The notes beneath the pieces were generated by a model. That model did no database searches, had not been told where the DNA came from, and was given only the letters and a program-made list of their open reading frames with translations. Position numbers and translations under genes: made by a program. Positions 19,379-28,311 of a stretch of 64,000 nt of DNA are shown one piece after another (within the stretch, counting starts at the first letter, position 1; every line of letters starts with the position of its first letter). Source of the DNA: a virus (taxonomy: Duplodnaviria > Caudoviricetes); IMG/VR virus record IMGVR_UViG_2974704384_000001, positions 12,316-76,315 of that record. One strand, 5' to 3'.

Positions 19379-20686
19379 GTGGCCGATGAGCCAGAGAAAA
19401 ATAAGAGGCGCGCGAGGGGTGATGGAGGTCTCTACGAAGATGCCAAGGGGTTGCACGTCGGCATCATGTGGATTCCCGGTCCGGACGGCAAGCCGAAGCA
19501 AAAGCGAGTCGCCAGCAAGAGCAAGGCGGTGGCCGTTGCGAAGCTGAACAAACTGCGCGCTGACGTGCTGGCCGGGAACGTCGGAACGACGCCAGGGAAG
19601 GTCAAGACGGTAGGCGAGTGGCTGGACTACTGGCTGACCGTTAAGAAGCGTGAGGTTCGGCCCAAGTCCTACAAGAGCTACGAGAGCACCGCGCGGCTGT
19701 ACCTCAAGCCCCATATCGGCCATATCCGGCTGGACAAGCTGACGGTCGCTCAGGTCCGCTCTATGCTCTCGGCGCTACAGGATGGGTCCGGAGACACCAA
19801 GGGGTCGACGCGGAACGCTGAGAAGGCGTATCAGGCGCTAAACAACGCACTCCGGCAGGCGGTCAACGAGTCCGCGATTCCCCGCAACGTGTGCGATGCG
19901 ATCAAAAAGCCGAAGCACCGGAAGCAGCAGCGCGGCGCATTCGAGACGAACGCGGCGGTCCACATTCTGCGGACGGCAGCCAAGCGTGACGACGAGGACG
20001 ACCCTAAGCGGCCTAAGCTCGCGTCCCGGTGGGCGGCAGCGTTCATGACCGGCGCACGCCAGGCCGAGTGTCTGGGGATGGAGCTGGACCGGCTGGACTT
20101 CAAGGCTGGCGCTATGGATATCTCATGGCAGTTGCAGCGGTTGCAGTACGAACATGGCTGCGGCCCGGCTAAGGCTGACGGCACATATCCGTGCGGCAAG
20201 GTCCGATACGGGTACTGCCCCGAGAAGCGGTTTGTTCCGCCGCCGGGGTTCGACTACCGGCACTGCTACAAGTCGCTGTTCTGGACGCGGCCTAAGAGTT
20301 CCGCTGGGGAGCGGTGGGTTCCTATGGCTCCGCTGCTATCGGAGTCGCTTAAGGTGCATATCAAGCTTGATAAAGACCCTAACCCGCATGGGTTGGTGTG
20401 GCATCACCGCGACGGTAGGCCGCTGAGCCAAGAGGACGATAACGAGCAGTGGAACATGCTGATGGCTGCCGCCGGGATTGAGAAGATGCCACGGCAGGCG
20501 GTGTTGCATGAGGCTCGGAATACGACGGCGACCCTGCTTCTGGAATCGGGTGTCGACGTTAGGGTGATTAAGGAGATTATGGGCCACGCGTCGATCTTGC
20601 AGACGCGGGAGTACCAGAGGGTCAGTTTGGAATTGGGTAAGAGCGCCGTTAGCAACGCTTTCGACGCTCTGCTCCCGTCCGGTTAG
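19379..20686 (+). CDS. int: Tyrosine integrase
   Basis: GARQAE (catalytic R), LHEAR, MGHAS..QTREY (H/Y); GTG start at 19379. Confidence 0.95.
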   Translation: MADEPEKNKRRARGDGGLYEDAKGLHVGIMWIPGPDGKPKQKRVASKSKAVAVAKLNKLRADVLAGNVGTTPGKVKTVGEWLDYWLTVKKREVRPKSYKSYESTARLYLKPHIGHIRLDKLTVAQVRSMLSALQDGSGDTKGSTRNAEKAYQALNNALRQAVNESAIPRNVCDAIKKPKHRKQQRGAFETNAAVHILRTAAKRDDEDDPKRPKLASRWAAAFMTGARQAECLGMELDRLDFKAGAMDISWQLQRLQYEHGCGPAKADGTYPCGKVRYGYCPEKRFVPPPGFDYRHCYKSLFWTRPKSSAGERWVPMAPLLSESLKVHIKLDKDPNPHGLVWHHRDGRPLSQEDDNEQWNMLMAAAGIEKMPRQAVLHEARNTTATLLLESGVDVRVIKEIMGHASILQTREYQRVSLELGKSAVSNAFDALLPSG

Positions 20687-21462
20687 AAAGCGCCGTCGAG
20701 CTGCTTAGGCGCAGGGCCACGCTTAGCCTTGCGCCTAAGTGGTTTTTCGGCGCGAATACGCTTCCACATGTGGGCCTTAAGGTGGCGCTGCTTGCGGGTC
20801 CACGACAAGCTCATGGTTACCGTCCACAGGATCGTTGCGAGGACGGTGACGCGCCAGGGCCAACGTCCCTCAGCTAATCCGATTGTGAGGGGCGCAGCGA
20901 GCGCCACGGCGGTACCGATCAGGTAGAGGTTGGCGATCAGCGGTGAGCGCGGATCGGTTTTGCGGATGCGCCAGAACAGCCAGCAGATGTGCGCGAGCTG
21001 CCAAACGTAGACGACGATTGCAACCGGCGTAATGGCTGTGTGCCAGCCGGTTACCCACAGTCCGACGAGTGTTGGCGTGGCGATGGTGAGCGGGATGCCA
21101 AGGTGGCTGTTGAGTAGCGCATCCTTACGGGCGCGGCCCCACTCCATGCGTTCGATGAGTTCGCCGAGGAATACCGCGTACCCGACCATGAGCACAATGT
21201 GCCCAATGAGGAACTGTGCGGAGATATGGCTGTAACTGAAAGTGTTGGGCAAGAAGGGATTAAACACTTCTAGCCAGGGGGATAGCAGGGTTAACGCCGT
21301 GAGCGCCAGCGCGGAGCTGGTAGTGGTGCCCACTTCCCACCGGATGCGCCAAGTGTGTCGTCGTAGTACCTGGTTGGCGGTTCCTACGGCGATCAGCGTC
21401 CACATGAGCGCGTGGTCTACGGGGGAGGTTAGTTCGTTGGCAAGGTGGAACTGATCGAGCAT
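20683..21462 (-). CDS. Multi-pass membrane protein, probably prophage-expressed
   Basis: 259 aa with about 7 hydrophobic segments; downstream of and co-oriented with the repressor. Confidence 0.7.
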   Translation of the reverse strand: MLDQFHLANELTSPVDHALMWTLIAVGTANQVLRRHTWRIRWEVGTTTSSALALTALTLLSPWLEVFNPFLPNTFSYSHISAQFLIGHIVLMVGYAVFLGELIERMEWGRARKDALLNSHLGIPLTIATPTLVGLWVTGWHTAITPVAIVVYVWQLAHICWLFWRIRKTDPRSPLIANLYLIGTAVALAAPLTIGLAEGRWPWRVTVLATILWTVTMSLSWTRKQRHLKAHMWKRIRAEKPLRRKAKRGPAPKQLDGAF

Positions 21463-21614
21463 AGGGGGTCGTGCCTTTACGGGAGGGGGCTGGACTCTCG
21501 TCCGTGGGAGGGGGAAACGGCTTGTGGCTCAGGCCGATACATGGAATGTACTTCCACTGTTACCCACCCGTCAATGGCCGTTTTCCCGCCCGTAAACCTC
21601 CCGTAAAACACGCA

Positions 21615-21995
21615 TTACAGAGGCGGAATATCCGTGCGCGCCCTGGGTCTACTCAGTCGGCTCTTGGTCCGTCTCCTCACTGTCGTGAGCACCGGAGGGT
21701 CCAACGTCATGTTGCCCCCGTCTGCTATGACCTCGCCCTCCCGCTCTAGGAAGTCGATCAGGTCCGTTTTGGACAGGTGGCCGAAGCGCACCAGCAGATC
21801 AACCTTGTCTAGGCCGAAGTGCTCTGCGACCGCCATGAGGTTGGGGATGCTGTTGAGCACGCCCTTATCCCGCTGCTCGTAATAGGTGGAGCGCGATATG
21901 CCTAGTGCGCTCAGCGCCTCTTGCATACGCACCTGTCGTTTAAGCAGGTAGCTCACTACGACGATCAGGTCGTTGTCTTCATCTCTGGCCGACAT
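21615..21995 (-). CDS. Immunity repressor (HTH)
   Basis: MQEALSALGISRSTYY HTH; divergent from the cro-like gene next to the integrase. Confidence 0.8.
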   Translation of the reverse strand: MSARDEDNDLIVVVSYLLKRQVRMQEALSALGISRSTYYEQRDKGVLNSIPNLMAVAEHFGLDKVDLLVRFGHLSKTDLIDFLEREGEVIADGGNMTLDPPVLTTVRRRTKSRLSRPRARTDIPPL

Positions 21996-22002
21996 GCCGA
22001 TC

Positions 22003-22032
22003 ATCTTGTCCGACTATCGGGACAAGTGTCAA
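22003..22032 (-). promoter_or_regulatory. Putative leaderless repressor promoter (TTGACA-18-CAAGAT) overlapped by an operator-like site at 22007-22024
   Basis: -10 lies 7 nt before ATG 21995; TGTCCGA-CTAT-CGGGACA in the spacer. Confidence 0.5.
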
Positions 22033-22073
22033 CCCGGCTGACCAGCAAAGACGGTCTTACACGGCTGTAATTC

Positions 22074-22091
22074 TGTCCGATTTGTCGGACA
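22074..22091. promoter_or_regulatory. Operator-like palindrome TGTCCGA-N4-TCGGACA
   Basis: Perfect 7-4-7 palindrome between repressor and cro. Confidence 0.75.
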
Positions 22092-22121
22092 AAATCCTGT
22101 TCAGATCGGACCGGGGTGTGT

Positions 22122-22421
22122 ATGGTTCAAACCGTGACGCCGACAACCTCCCAAACCTCAGCCCACACAATTCGCTGGATTCCCGAAGCTGTGCAGAATC
22201 TCCTGCATAACAACGACATTCTGACTCGCACCGAGCTTGCAAAAGCGCTGGGTGTAGCGCGTTCGACCGTCTATCGCACGTTTGACGAGGACTGGTCGGG
22301 TGAGCCGAGCATGACGATGCTGGCGACGATGGCCGGACACTTCCGAGTCCCGCTCAACCGCATCGTTACCGAGCCTGGCAGCGCGGTAGCGCGTCGTAGA
22401 ACTGTCCGGTTGGCCGGATGA
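22122..22421 (+). CDS. Cro-like HTH protein
   Basis: TRTELAKALGVARSTVYR HTH; divergent from repressor. Confidence 0.8.
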   Translation: MVQTVTPTTSQTSAHTIRWIPEAVQNLLHNNDILTRTELAKALGVARSTVYRTFDEDWSGEPSMTMLATMAGHFRVPLNRIVTEPGSAVARRRTVRLAG

Positions 22422-22633
22422 CTGCGAACACAACGCTTCTGTCCGATGAACCTGACAGGTTGCTTGTGACTCGCCCAGAAGCCGCACGGATTTTGTCCCT
22501 GTCCGTGCCTGAGATTGACCGGCTACGCCACAACGGAAAGCTGCTGGCGAAGAAACACGGATCAAAGGTGCTCTTTCCGATGAAAGAGCTTGAGCGTTTC
22601 GCTAACGACCTGCCTTGGGAGCTTGACCAGTGA
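22418..22633 (+). CDS. Excisionase / MerR-like HTH
   Basis: LLVTRPEAARILSLSVPEIDRLRHNGKL. Confidence 0.8.
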   Translation: MTANTTLLSDEPDRLLVTRPEAARILSLSVPEIDRLRHNGKLLAKKHGSKVLFPMKELERFANDLPWELDQ

Positions 22634-22992
22634 CCAGAACCCGCATCGAACCCGACACCGAAGCTGTCGAAGAACTTAAGGCCGCGTTAGAGCGGCTAAG
22701 GAAGGACGGATGGAACCGTGGAAAGTTTTACGATCTCGCAACAGGCAAGTGCTGTGCTCTTGGGGCGTTCGGCCACCAGTTCCCGACAGACTCGCCGGGC
22801 GTTAAGTACCTCGCATACGCAATCCGCACCCGCAAAGGCGGGCACCCATACCCGGCAGACATGCCCGATATGTCCGTCGTCATTCGTTTCAACGATGCAC
22901 ATGGCCGAAAGTGGGCAGAGGTCGAGGCCGTTTTCCTCGCCGCTATCCGTTACGCAGAAGGTAAGGGCGTCTATGTCCGAGAAGGCCGTTAG
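22630..22992 (+). CDS. Hypothetical protein
   Basis: GW..G.....GKCCALGA...FND motif; 4-nt overlap with previous gene. Confidence 0.7.
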   Translation: MTRTRIEPDTEAVEELKAALERLRKDGWNRGKFYDLATGKCCALGAFGHQFPTDSPGVKYLAYAIRTRKGGHPYPADMPDMSVVIRFNDAHGRKWAEVEAVFLAAIRYAEGKGVYVREGR

Positions 22993-23083
22993 GGATAACG
23001 TGCTGGCCGCGCTGTCGCTGGCCGCGCTGATCCTGCTGGGTGCCATCGTCCTTAACGATCTGTTCGCGGCGTGGCAGGCATGA
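22973..23083 (+). CDS. Small membrane protein
   Basis: ATG 22973; single TM helix. Confidence 0.45.
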   Translation: MSEKAVRDNVLAALSLAALILLGAIVLNDLFAAWQA

Positions 23084-23496
23084 GTACAGCGCCCGTACAG
23101 AAACTTGGTTCTATTGTTTCCATATCCCCCGAAAGCCACGTAGAGTTATTAGTAGAGGGGGAGGGGATGAGAAAGTTCCGAGACGTGATCAACGAAGCGC
23201 GCAAGGTCGCAATGTTGAATCCCCTTGGACGTAACACCGGTAAGGGTTACTTCGAGTATGGAGAGCCATGCTGCTTCTTCGGTCACGTCTTGGAACGTCT
23301 CTTGCTCCCTCAAGTTGCCAAATGGGAAATTGCACTCTTTAACACCTACACGCTTGCCGAACTGCCCTGGCACCACTGGGGCATTGAGGAACCTAACGAT
23401 TATCAGCGGTTGTGGATCGCTAAGGTCCAAGCCGCTGCCGATAACGGGGATTCGTGGATCATCGCTATTGCGATGGCTGACGCGACTCTCATTTAG
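23080..23496 (+). CDS. Hypothetical protein
   Basis: ORF overlapping previous stop (ATGA). Confidence 0.6.
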   Translation: MSTAPVQKLGSIVSISPESHVELLVEGEGMRKFRDVINEARKVAMLNPLGRNTGKGYFEYGEPCCFFGHVLERLLLPQVAKWEIALFNTYTLAELPWHHWGIEEPNDYQRLWIAKVQAAADNGDSWIIAIAMADATLI

Positions 23497-23589
23497 ATTT
23501 CAGCTAAGCACCCGAGGCTGACTAAACAATCGGCTGCACATTATAGAAGTAACAAGTTGTTGACCTCTACGAAGTAACTCCGTTGCCGG

Positions 23590-23925
23590 AGCGTCTGTGT
23601 TCAGTGTCCAGACGGCAGAGTGGTTCGCCTGCAAGTAAGTCAGCATGAGTACGTCGCACTATGAACCGGTCCCCTCTTTTATGAGGCAGCCGGAGACGTG
23701 CGGGTAGCGATACGCGGTTGGTGCCTGAGGGTGACCGCCTCTGCCCTAACCCGACTGGGGGCTAACCAGATCGGAAGTGGGGACATTCCGGTTCGATTCC
23801 GGAGTATCGCACTGGGCCGGGAGGTTGAGGCGCACGGTGCTAACGGGCATTAGCGCTTTATGGGGCACGAACGTAAGGGTGTGGCGTTCGGGGACTAACC
23901 CAAAGTTGCGCTCCCTCCCGGCCAT
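23590..23925 (+). ncRNA. Candidate structured ncRNA containing a tRNA-like domain (23707-23811)
   Basis: ORF-free ~470 bp gap; 7-bp GCGATAC/GTATCGC stem stacked on TCCGG-TTCGATT-CCGGA T-arm; several flanking hairpins. Confidence 0.55.
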
Positions 23926-23969
23926 TCTCTTGCACTACCGGTCACCACATCACCACGAAAGGGCGCGCT

Positions 23970-24335
23970 ATGACAGTTATCTACTTGGGCGAACCCACCG
24001 GCCCACGACTGCGGAGCCTGAGCCGCACTAAGGAGCGGGAGCTTGACGCCTGGCTTACCAGTGCGCTTAAGAATCCGCCCAAAAAGCGCGACCAAATCCC
24101 GAGTGATCTTGCTGAGTACACGCGTGCCCTAAGCGCCTTAGCTAAGCGTCGGGGAATCCAGTTCCATTTCAACGGCGACCGTATGCGGGTACGCGGCGAA
24201 GTGGTCTTGGGGAAGAACTTGCCCGGCTGTGTAGGCGGGTCGAAACGAAAGGTCACGGTTACCGACGAACGGTCTGCGGTCACGAAAGCTGGACAGCGCG
24301 TCGAACCCTGGAATATGAGGGATTGGCGTGAATGA
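23970..24335 (+). CDS. Hypothetical protein
   Basis: RBS GAAAGGG; 121 aa. Confidence 0.7.
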   Translation: MTVIYLGEPTGPRLRSLSRTKERELDAWLTSALKNPPKKRDQIPSDLAEYTRALSALAKRRGIQFHFNGDRMRVRGEVVLGKNLPGCVGGSKRKVTVTDERSAVTKAGQRVEPWNMRDWRE

Positions 24336-24336
24336 G

Positions 24337-24366
24337 TTGACACCCACTGTACAAGCTATATACAGT
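24337..24366 (+). promoter_or_regulatory. SigA-type promoter TTGACA-18-TACAGT
   Basis: Near-consensus hexamers upstream of the phosphoesterase gene. Confidence 0.65.
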
Positions 24367-24525
24367 GCTGACTGCGAGGAGTTCAGAAAGTGGCAAAGCA
24401 GTTTACTTGCCCGCTGGAATGTGGAGCCTCCTACTCCGAGGAGTACCAGCTTCACCTTCACGAATACGCATCCGAAAAAGGCATCCTCCCGACCTGTGGG
24501 CGGGGGGCCGAACGAAAGGCGCGCT

Positions 24526-25362
24526 ATGCCGGAGGCGATCACGCTGCAAACGGACTTGAGGCAGCCTGAGAAGCTGATGCTGGCCGGGGACTGGCACGGC
24601 AATCTGCCGTGGGCGTTCAAGGCGATCCACTTCGCTAAGGCGAACGGCGCAGACACGATCCTGCACGTTGGCGACTTTGGTTGGTGGGCACCGATTGAGC
24701 GGACGTTCCAGTTCCTAGCGGAGGTCGACAAAGAGCTTAAGACGGTCGGCATCGACCTTCTGTGGGTCGACGGCAACCATGAGGACCACGCCTTTTGGCA
24801 CCAGTTCAATAAGCCGGGGTCGTATCCGCTGACCACCATGTCTTACTCAAGCATCACGCACTTGCCGCGCGGCTTCCGGTGGAAGTGGTGGGGCGATACG
24901 TGGATGGCGCTGGGCGGCGCTCACTCGGTGGACCGGAGTTTCGCGGTCGAGGGTGAGTCGTGGTGGCCGGGCGAGTGGTTGCAGGACGACCAGCTTGAGT
25001 ACGCCATGCGGCCCGGCAAGGTCGACATAATCGTGTCGCACGACGCGCCGACCAACGTTGATGTTCCCGGCATTGTGCCCGGTAAGCCGATTTACCTGAA
25101 TATCGGCGGCATGAAGCGCCGGGTGCCGCAGGTCGACTTGCTTAAGGCCGAGGAGCATCGCGCCCGTATCCAACAGGTTGTTGACGCGGTTAAGCCGGTC
25201 GAGCTTTACCACGGCCATTACCACCGCGCTTACCAGGCGTTGGCCCGCCATGACGGCGGCGGTTACACGCTGTGCCGTGGTCTGGATAAGGACGAAACGA
25301 CGATGGCTAAGAACACCCATTTCATTACGGGAGGCACGCAGGATGACGACGACGACGAGTAA
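24526..25362 (+). CDS. Calcineurin-like metallophosphoesterase
   Basis: GDWHGN, GDFG, GNHED, SHDAP, HGHYH motifs; ATG 24526 with GAAAGG RBS. Confidence 0.9.
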   Translation: MPEAITLQTDLRQPEKLMLAGDWHGNLPWAFKAIHFAKANGADTILHVGDFGWWAPIERTFQFLAEVDKELKTVGIDLLWVDGNHEDHAFWHQFNKPGSYPLTTMSYSSITHLPRGFRWKWWGDTWMALGGAHSVDRSFAVEGESWWPGEWLQDDQLEYAMRPGKVDIIVSHDAPTNVDVPGIVPGKPIYLNIGGMKRRVPQVDLLKAEEHRARIQQVVDAVKPVELYHGHYHRAYQALARHDGGGYTLCRGLDKDETTMAKNTHFITGGTQDDDDDE

Positions 25363-25678
25363 CCCTGAGCGGGAGGTCTGCCGGTTGCCCAGCGGCGACC
25401 TGACGATTAAGGGGACCAAAGTCTGGTTGCCGTCCGATCCCGACCTGTTGGAGCGGGAGCGGGAGGAGACCGCGCAGCGGCTCAGGGACATTCTCAACGC
25501 TAAGCGATTCCTAATCGAGGAGCAGGACCGGGAGTACGGCGGCGCTATCGACTTCGCTACCCGTAAGGCTAACGAAGAGGTTGGGCGCTCTAACCAGGTG
25601 CTCTACCGCGATATGCCCGACCGCGACAAGCGCTGGTGGATCGCTTTCCTTAAGGCGGTGCGCCATGAAGGCGAGTGA
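25343..25678 (+). CDS. Hypothetical protein
   Basis: ATG 25343 with GGAGG RBS. Confidence 0.6.
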   Translation: MTTTTSNPEREVCRLPSGDLTIKGTKVWLPSDPDLLEREREETAQRLRDILNAKRFLIEEQDREYGGAIDFATRKANEEVGRSNQVLYRDMPDRDKRWWIAFLKAVRHEGE

Positions 25679-25982
25679 GCGGTTAGCGGAGCGTAACGAC
25701 ATTCTCGAAGTCATCGCGGAGATTGATTCCGAGTTGTCGGCGCTGGTCGGTGTTAGGTCTTTCCGTGCAGCGCAGGAGGCGCGGGAGAAGTTGGATATCC
25801 GCCGGGGCTTGGAGGCGGAACTTAACGCGCTCGGGTTTAAAGCGCCTGAGCTTGACGAAAGGTTGAAGCACCGTGAGGTTACTCGCAGCAGTGCTGCTAC
25901 TGGCGGTGATCGTGCTGGCGGTAGTGGCAGCGGTTCAGTGGTTGCGAAACGCCGTATTGGACCGTCGCCTCAGGCGAGCTAA
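25665..25982 (+). CDS. Hypothetical protein
   Basis: ATG 25665 overlapping the previous gene. Confidence 0.45.
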   Translation: MKASERLAERNDILEVIAEIDSELSALVGVRSFRAAQEAREKLDIRRGLEAELNALGFKAPELDERLKHREVTRSSAATGGDRAGGSGSGSVVAKRRIGPSPQAS

Positions 25983-26118
25983 CGACCCCTTGCAGTACCT
26001 CACCCGGCAGGAACGCCGGGAACATGCTCGGGCGCTCGCTAAGCGTCACCTGTCCGAGGCGGATGAGGCGTACTACCAGCGCCTTAACGACATGCTCCAA
26101 ATCAAGCCGGTTCTGTAA
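25873..26118 (+). CDS. Small membrane-anchored protein
   Basis: N-terminal TM helix. Confidence 0.55.
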   Translation: MRLLAAVLLLAVIVLAVVAAVQWLRNAVLDRRLRRANDPLQYLTRQERREHARALAKRHLSEADEAYYQRLNDMLQIKPVL

Positions 26119-26154
26119 CTCAGGGCCACCCTCTAAGAAAGGTAATCGCACCAA

Positions 26155-26283
26155 ATGAAGAAGATCATGGAGTTCTTCGGTTTCACGTCGGCTGGCGCTT
26201 TCATGAAGGAATGGAAGGCGCTGACCGAGACCGATCAGGCTCAGCTCAAGGCCGGTATCGAGGACGGCTCGCTGACCTACTAA
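26155..26283 (+). CDS. Small hypothetical protein (42 aa)
   Basis: RBS GAAAGG; host-like codon usage; read manually. Confidence 0.6.
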   Translation: MKKIMEFFGFTSAGAFMKEWKALTETDQAQLKAGIEDGSLTY

Positions 26284-26292
26284 CCACGCCTT

Positions 26293-26334
26293 AACAAAGC
26301 CCCCGCTGACTCCGGTTGGTGGGGGCTTTGTTTT
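26293..26334 (+). terminator. Intrinsic terminator
   Basis: AACAAAGCCCCC...GGGGGCTTTGTTTT. Confidence 0.85.
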
Positions 26335-26370
26335 GCGTAAAAACAATCCCCTTAGAAAGGAACCCTTACG

Positions 26371-27363
26371 TTGAATCGTAAGAAAATTGCGGCTATCGCT
26401 TTGGCGGCTGCCGCTGTCCTGCCGGTTGTCGCATGTTCGACTTCGGTCCCGGCTGGCGTGACCGCTATCAAGGTGGAGGACTACGCGTTCATCCCGACCG
26501 ATCCGACTGTCGAGGGCTGCATTAAGCCGGAGACAAACGAGTTCAACCCCATCGGCGGGTTCAAGGCGTACATGTACCCGGCGCGGCAGATCAGCTACGA
26601 CGCGCTGGACACCGAGGGCGCGGAGGCACCGGCCACCGTTGTCGTGTCGAACCGCGAGGCTCCGGCTGAGCTTAAGGTGCCGGTGACGGTCACGTTCGAC
26701 CTGACGCAGGACTGCGAGCTGCTTAAGCAGTTCCATCGGGACTTCGGCACGAAGTACCAGGGCTGGCTTAACGATGACGGCACCACTTCTCAGGGCTGGA
26801 AAGACCTGCTGAACTACGTGGTCGGCCAGCCGTTGCAGAACACGTTGGTGTCGATTGCACAGAAGTACGAATGGCGCAAGATTTGGAACGACGAGGCCGT
26901 GCGCGTCGAGTTCCAGAACGCGCTGCGCGAGACGCTGCCTAAGGTGTCGCGCGACCGTACTAACGGCGTCGACTACTTCACCAACTTTCAGGTGACGGTG
27001 ATGAAGCCGGACCCGGTTGACCCGACCCTCAAGCAGGCGATCATTGCCGAGCAGCAGGCCATCGCTCAGGCCAACGCCACTAAGGCGAAGGGTGTTGCCG
27101 ACGCGGAGGCTGCGGAGGCTAAGGCTGACGCGGACGTTAAGGCTGCGGAGGCCCAGACCAAGGTGGCTGAGCAGGAGGCGCTTAAGCGTCGTGCTGAGGT
27201 TGGCGGTTATCCGAGCATTGAGGCTTACCTGGATGCGCTGGAAATCGAGGCCAAGCGTGAGGCTATCTCGCTGGAAATCGCGGCCAAGCGTGAGGCTATC
27301 TCGCGTGGTATCAACCCGTACCCGTCGCCGATTGTGGCGGGCGTGGGCGCTACCGGTCGCTAA
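26371..27363 (+). CDS. SPFH/band-7-like lipoprotein
   Basis: Lipobox VAC; VPVTVTFDL; C-terminal Ala/Glu-rich coiled coil. Confidence 0.75.
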   Translation: MNRKKIAAIALAAAAVLPVVACSTSVPAGVTAIKVEDYAFIPTDPTVEGCIKPETNEFNPIGGFKAYMYPARQISYDALDTEGAEAPATVVVSNREAPAELKVPVTVTFDLTQDCELLKQFHRDFGTKYQGWLNDDGTTSQGWKDLLNYVVGQPLQNTLVSIAQKYEWRKIWNDEAVRVEFQNALRETLPKVSRDRTNGVDYFTNFQVTVMKPDPVDPTLKQAIIAEQQAIAQANATKAKGVADAEAAEAKADADVKAAEAQTKVAEQEALKRRAEVGGYPSIEAYLDALEIEAKREAISLEIAAKREAISRGINPYPSPIVAGVGATGR

Positions 27364-27536
27364 GCAGAAACCTAATGCCCGCCACATAGCTAACCCGTAA
27401 GGGCCGGGGAATATGGGCCGGTCCACCGTCTTGGGCTGAGGTTCGCCGGGCACACCCGGCGGCAGATAAGGCGGCGTGGGAGCGCGCATACGTCATCACG
27501 CGCACTCAAACCCTATGAGAGTTAAGGAAAAACATC

Positions 27537-27956
27537 ATGTCCAAAAAGTCCCTCTTCAAGCAACCGGGTGTCGAGCAGTTGATTCCCGGCGCGGAGCTGC
27601 CTGTCGGCGTTAAGGTCACCGGTCGCAACATGCACGCGGTGTCCCTGCTGGCGTCGGTGAGCGGTGAGGCGCTGGGCCGTCGGACCATCGTCAAGTCGTA
27701 CTTTGAGGCGGATGGCTCGCTGTCGCACGTCAGGATCGTTGACGAGGACGGCACCGTCGATATCAAGGCTGGCGACTACATGACGCTGGGCGACGACCGT
27801 AAGACCATCGTCGTGGTGACGCCGGAGATTTACGCGTCAATCAAGACGGTGCTCCCTCTCGTCGTCGCGCTCGGTGACGCTTTCGCCGAGGCTGTCGGTA
27901 CCCCGATCTTTGACGGGCTGTCGGGTACCTTCCCGAACATCTTTGGCGGCGTCTAA
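27537..27956 (+). CDS. Hypothetical protein
   Basis: RBS AAGGA; 139 aa. Confidence 0.7.
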   Translation: MSKKSLFKQPGVEQLIPGAELPVGVKVTGRNMHAVSLLASVSGEALGRRTIVKSYFEADGSLSHVRIVDEDGTVDIKAGDYMTLGDDRKTIVVVTPEIYASIKTVLPLVVALGDAFAEAVGTPIFDGLSGTFPNIFGGV

Positions 27957-28196
27957 ATGGCGCTGTTCAAAAAGAGCGCGCCTGTTATCGCTCCCCCTAA
28001 GACCGTAGCGTCCATTACGGCTGGGCTGAGCGATACCCTCGCGGAGCTTGAGGCGCACGCCGAGGAGCAGGTCTCAAAGGCCGAGTTCCAGAAAGCGATG
28101 GCCGACCAAGCGATGGCCGCTGCCGCCGAGCACGCATCGGAGTCCGAACGGGCGCTGACGGTTGCCCAGAACCTTAAGGGTCTGCTCGGCTTGTGA
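27957..28196 (+). CDS. Hypothetical coiled-coil protein
   Basis: Abuts previous stop; 79 aa. Confidence 0.7.
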   Translation: MALFKKSAPVIAPPKTVASITAGLSDTLAELEAHAEEQVSKAEFQKAMADQAMAAAAEHASESERALTVAQNLKGLLGL

Positions 28197-28211
28197 TCAA
28201 TTTTGTTTTGC

Positions 28212-28260
28212 GGAACCTGTCCGCGCTTCATTACTTCCGTAAGGAGCGCGGCAGGTTTCC
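28212..28260 (+). promoter_or_regulatory. Long hairpin in the leader of the Ro-like gene
   Basis: GGAACCTG.CCGCGCT...AGCGCGG.CAGGTTTCC. Confidence 0.5.
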
Positions 28261-28311
28261 CACACTCAAAGAACTTTTCGATGAAACACGATGACACCCT
28301 AAGGAGAGCTA

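Noticed and set aside
21615-22004. Integration-dependent immunity (attP inside the repressor gene)
   Set aside because: The arm repeats and core lie upstream of int at 19156-19356, not within the repressor.
23698-23925. Group II intron (GTGCG start)
   Set aside because: No domain V or VI motif, no RT ORF and no interrupted gene.
24328-24525. N-terminal extension of the phosphoesterase from the ORF track
   Set aside because: It contains a consensus promoter (24337-24366); ATG 24526 has a strong RBS.
25897-27489. 530-aa minus-strand ORF
   Set aside because: Antisense to several well-supported plus-strand genes and spans a terminator; no recognisable motifs.
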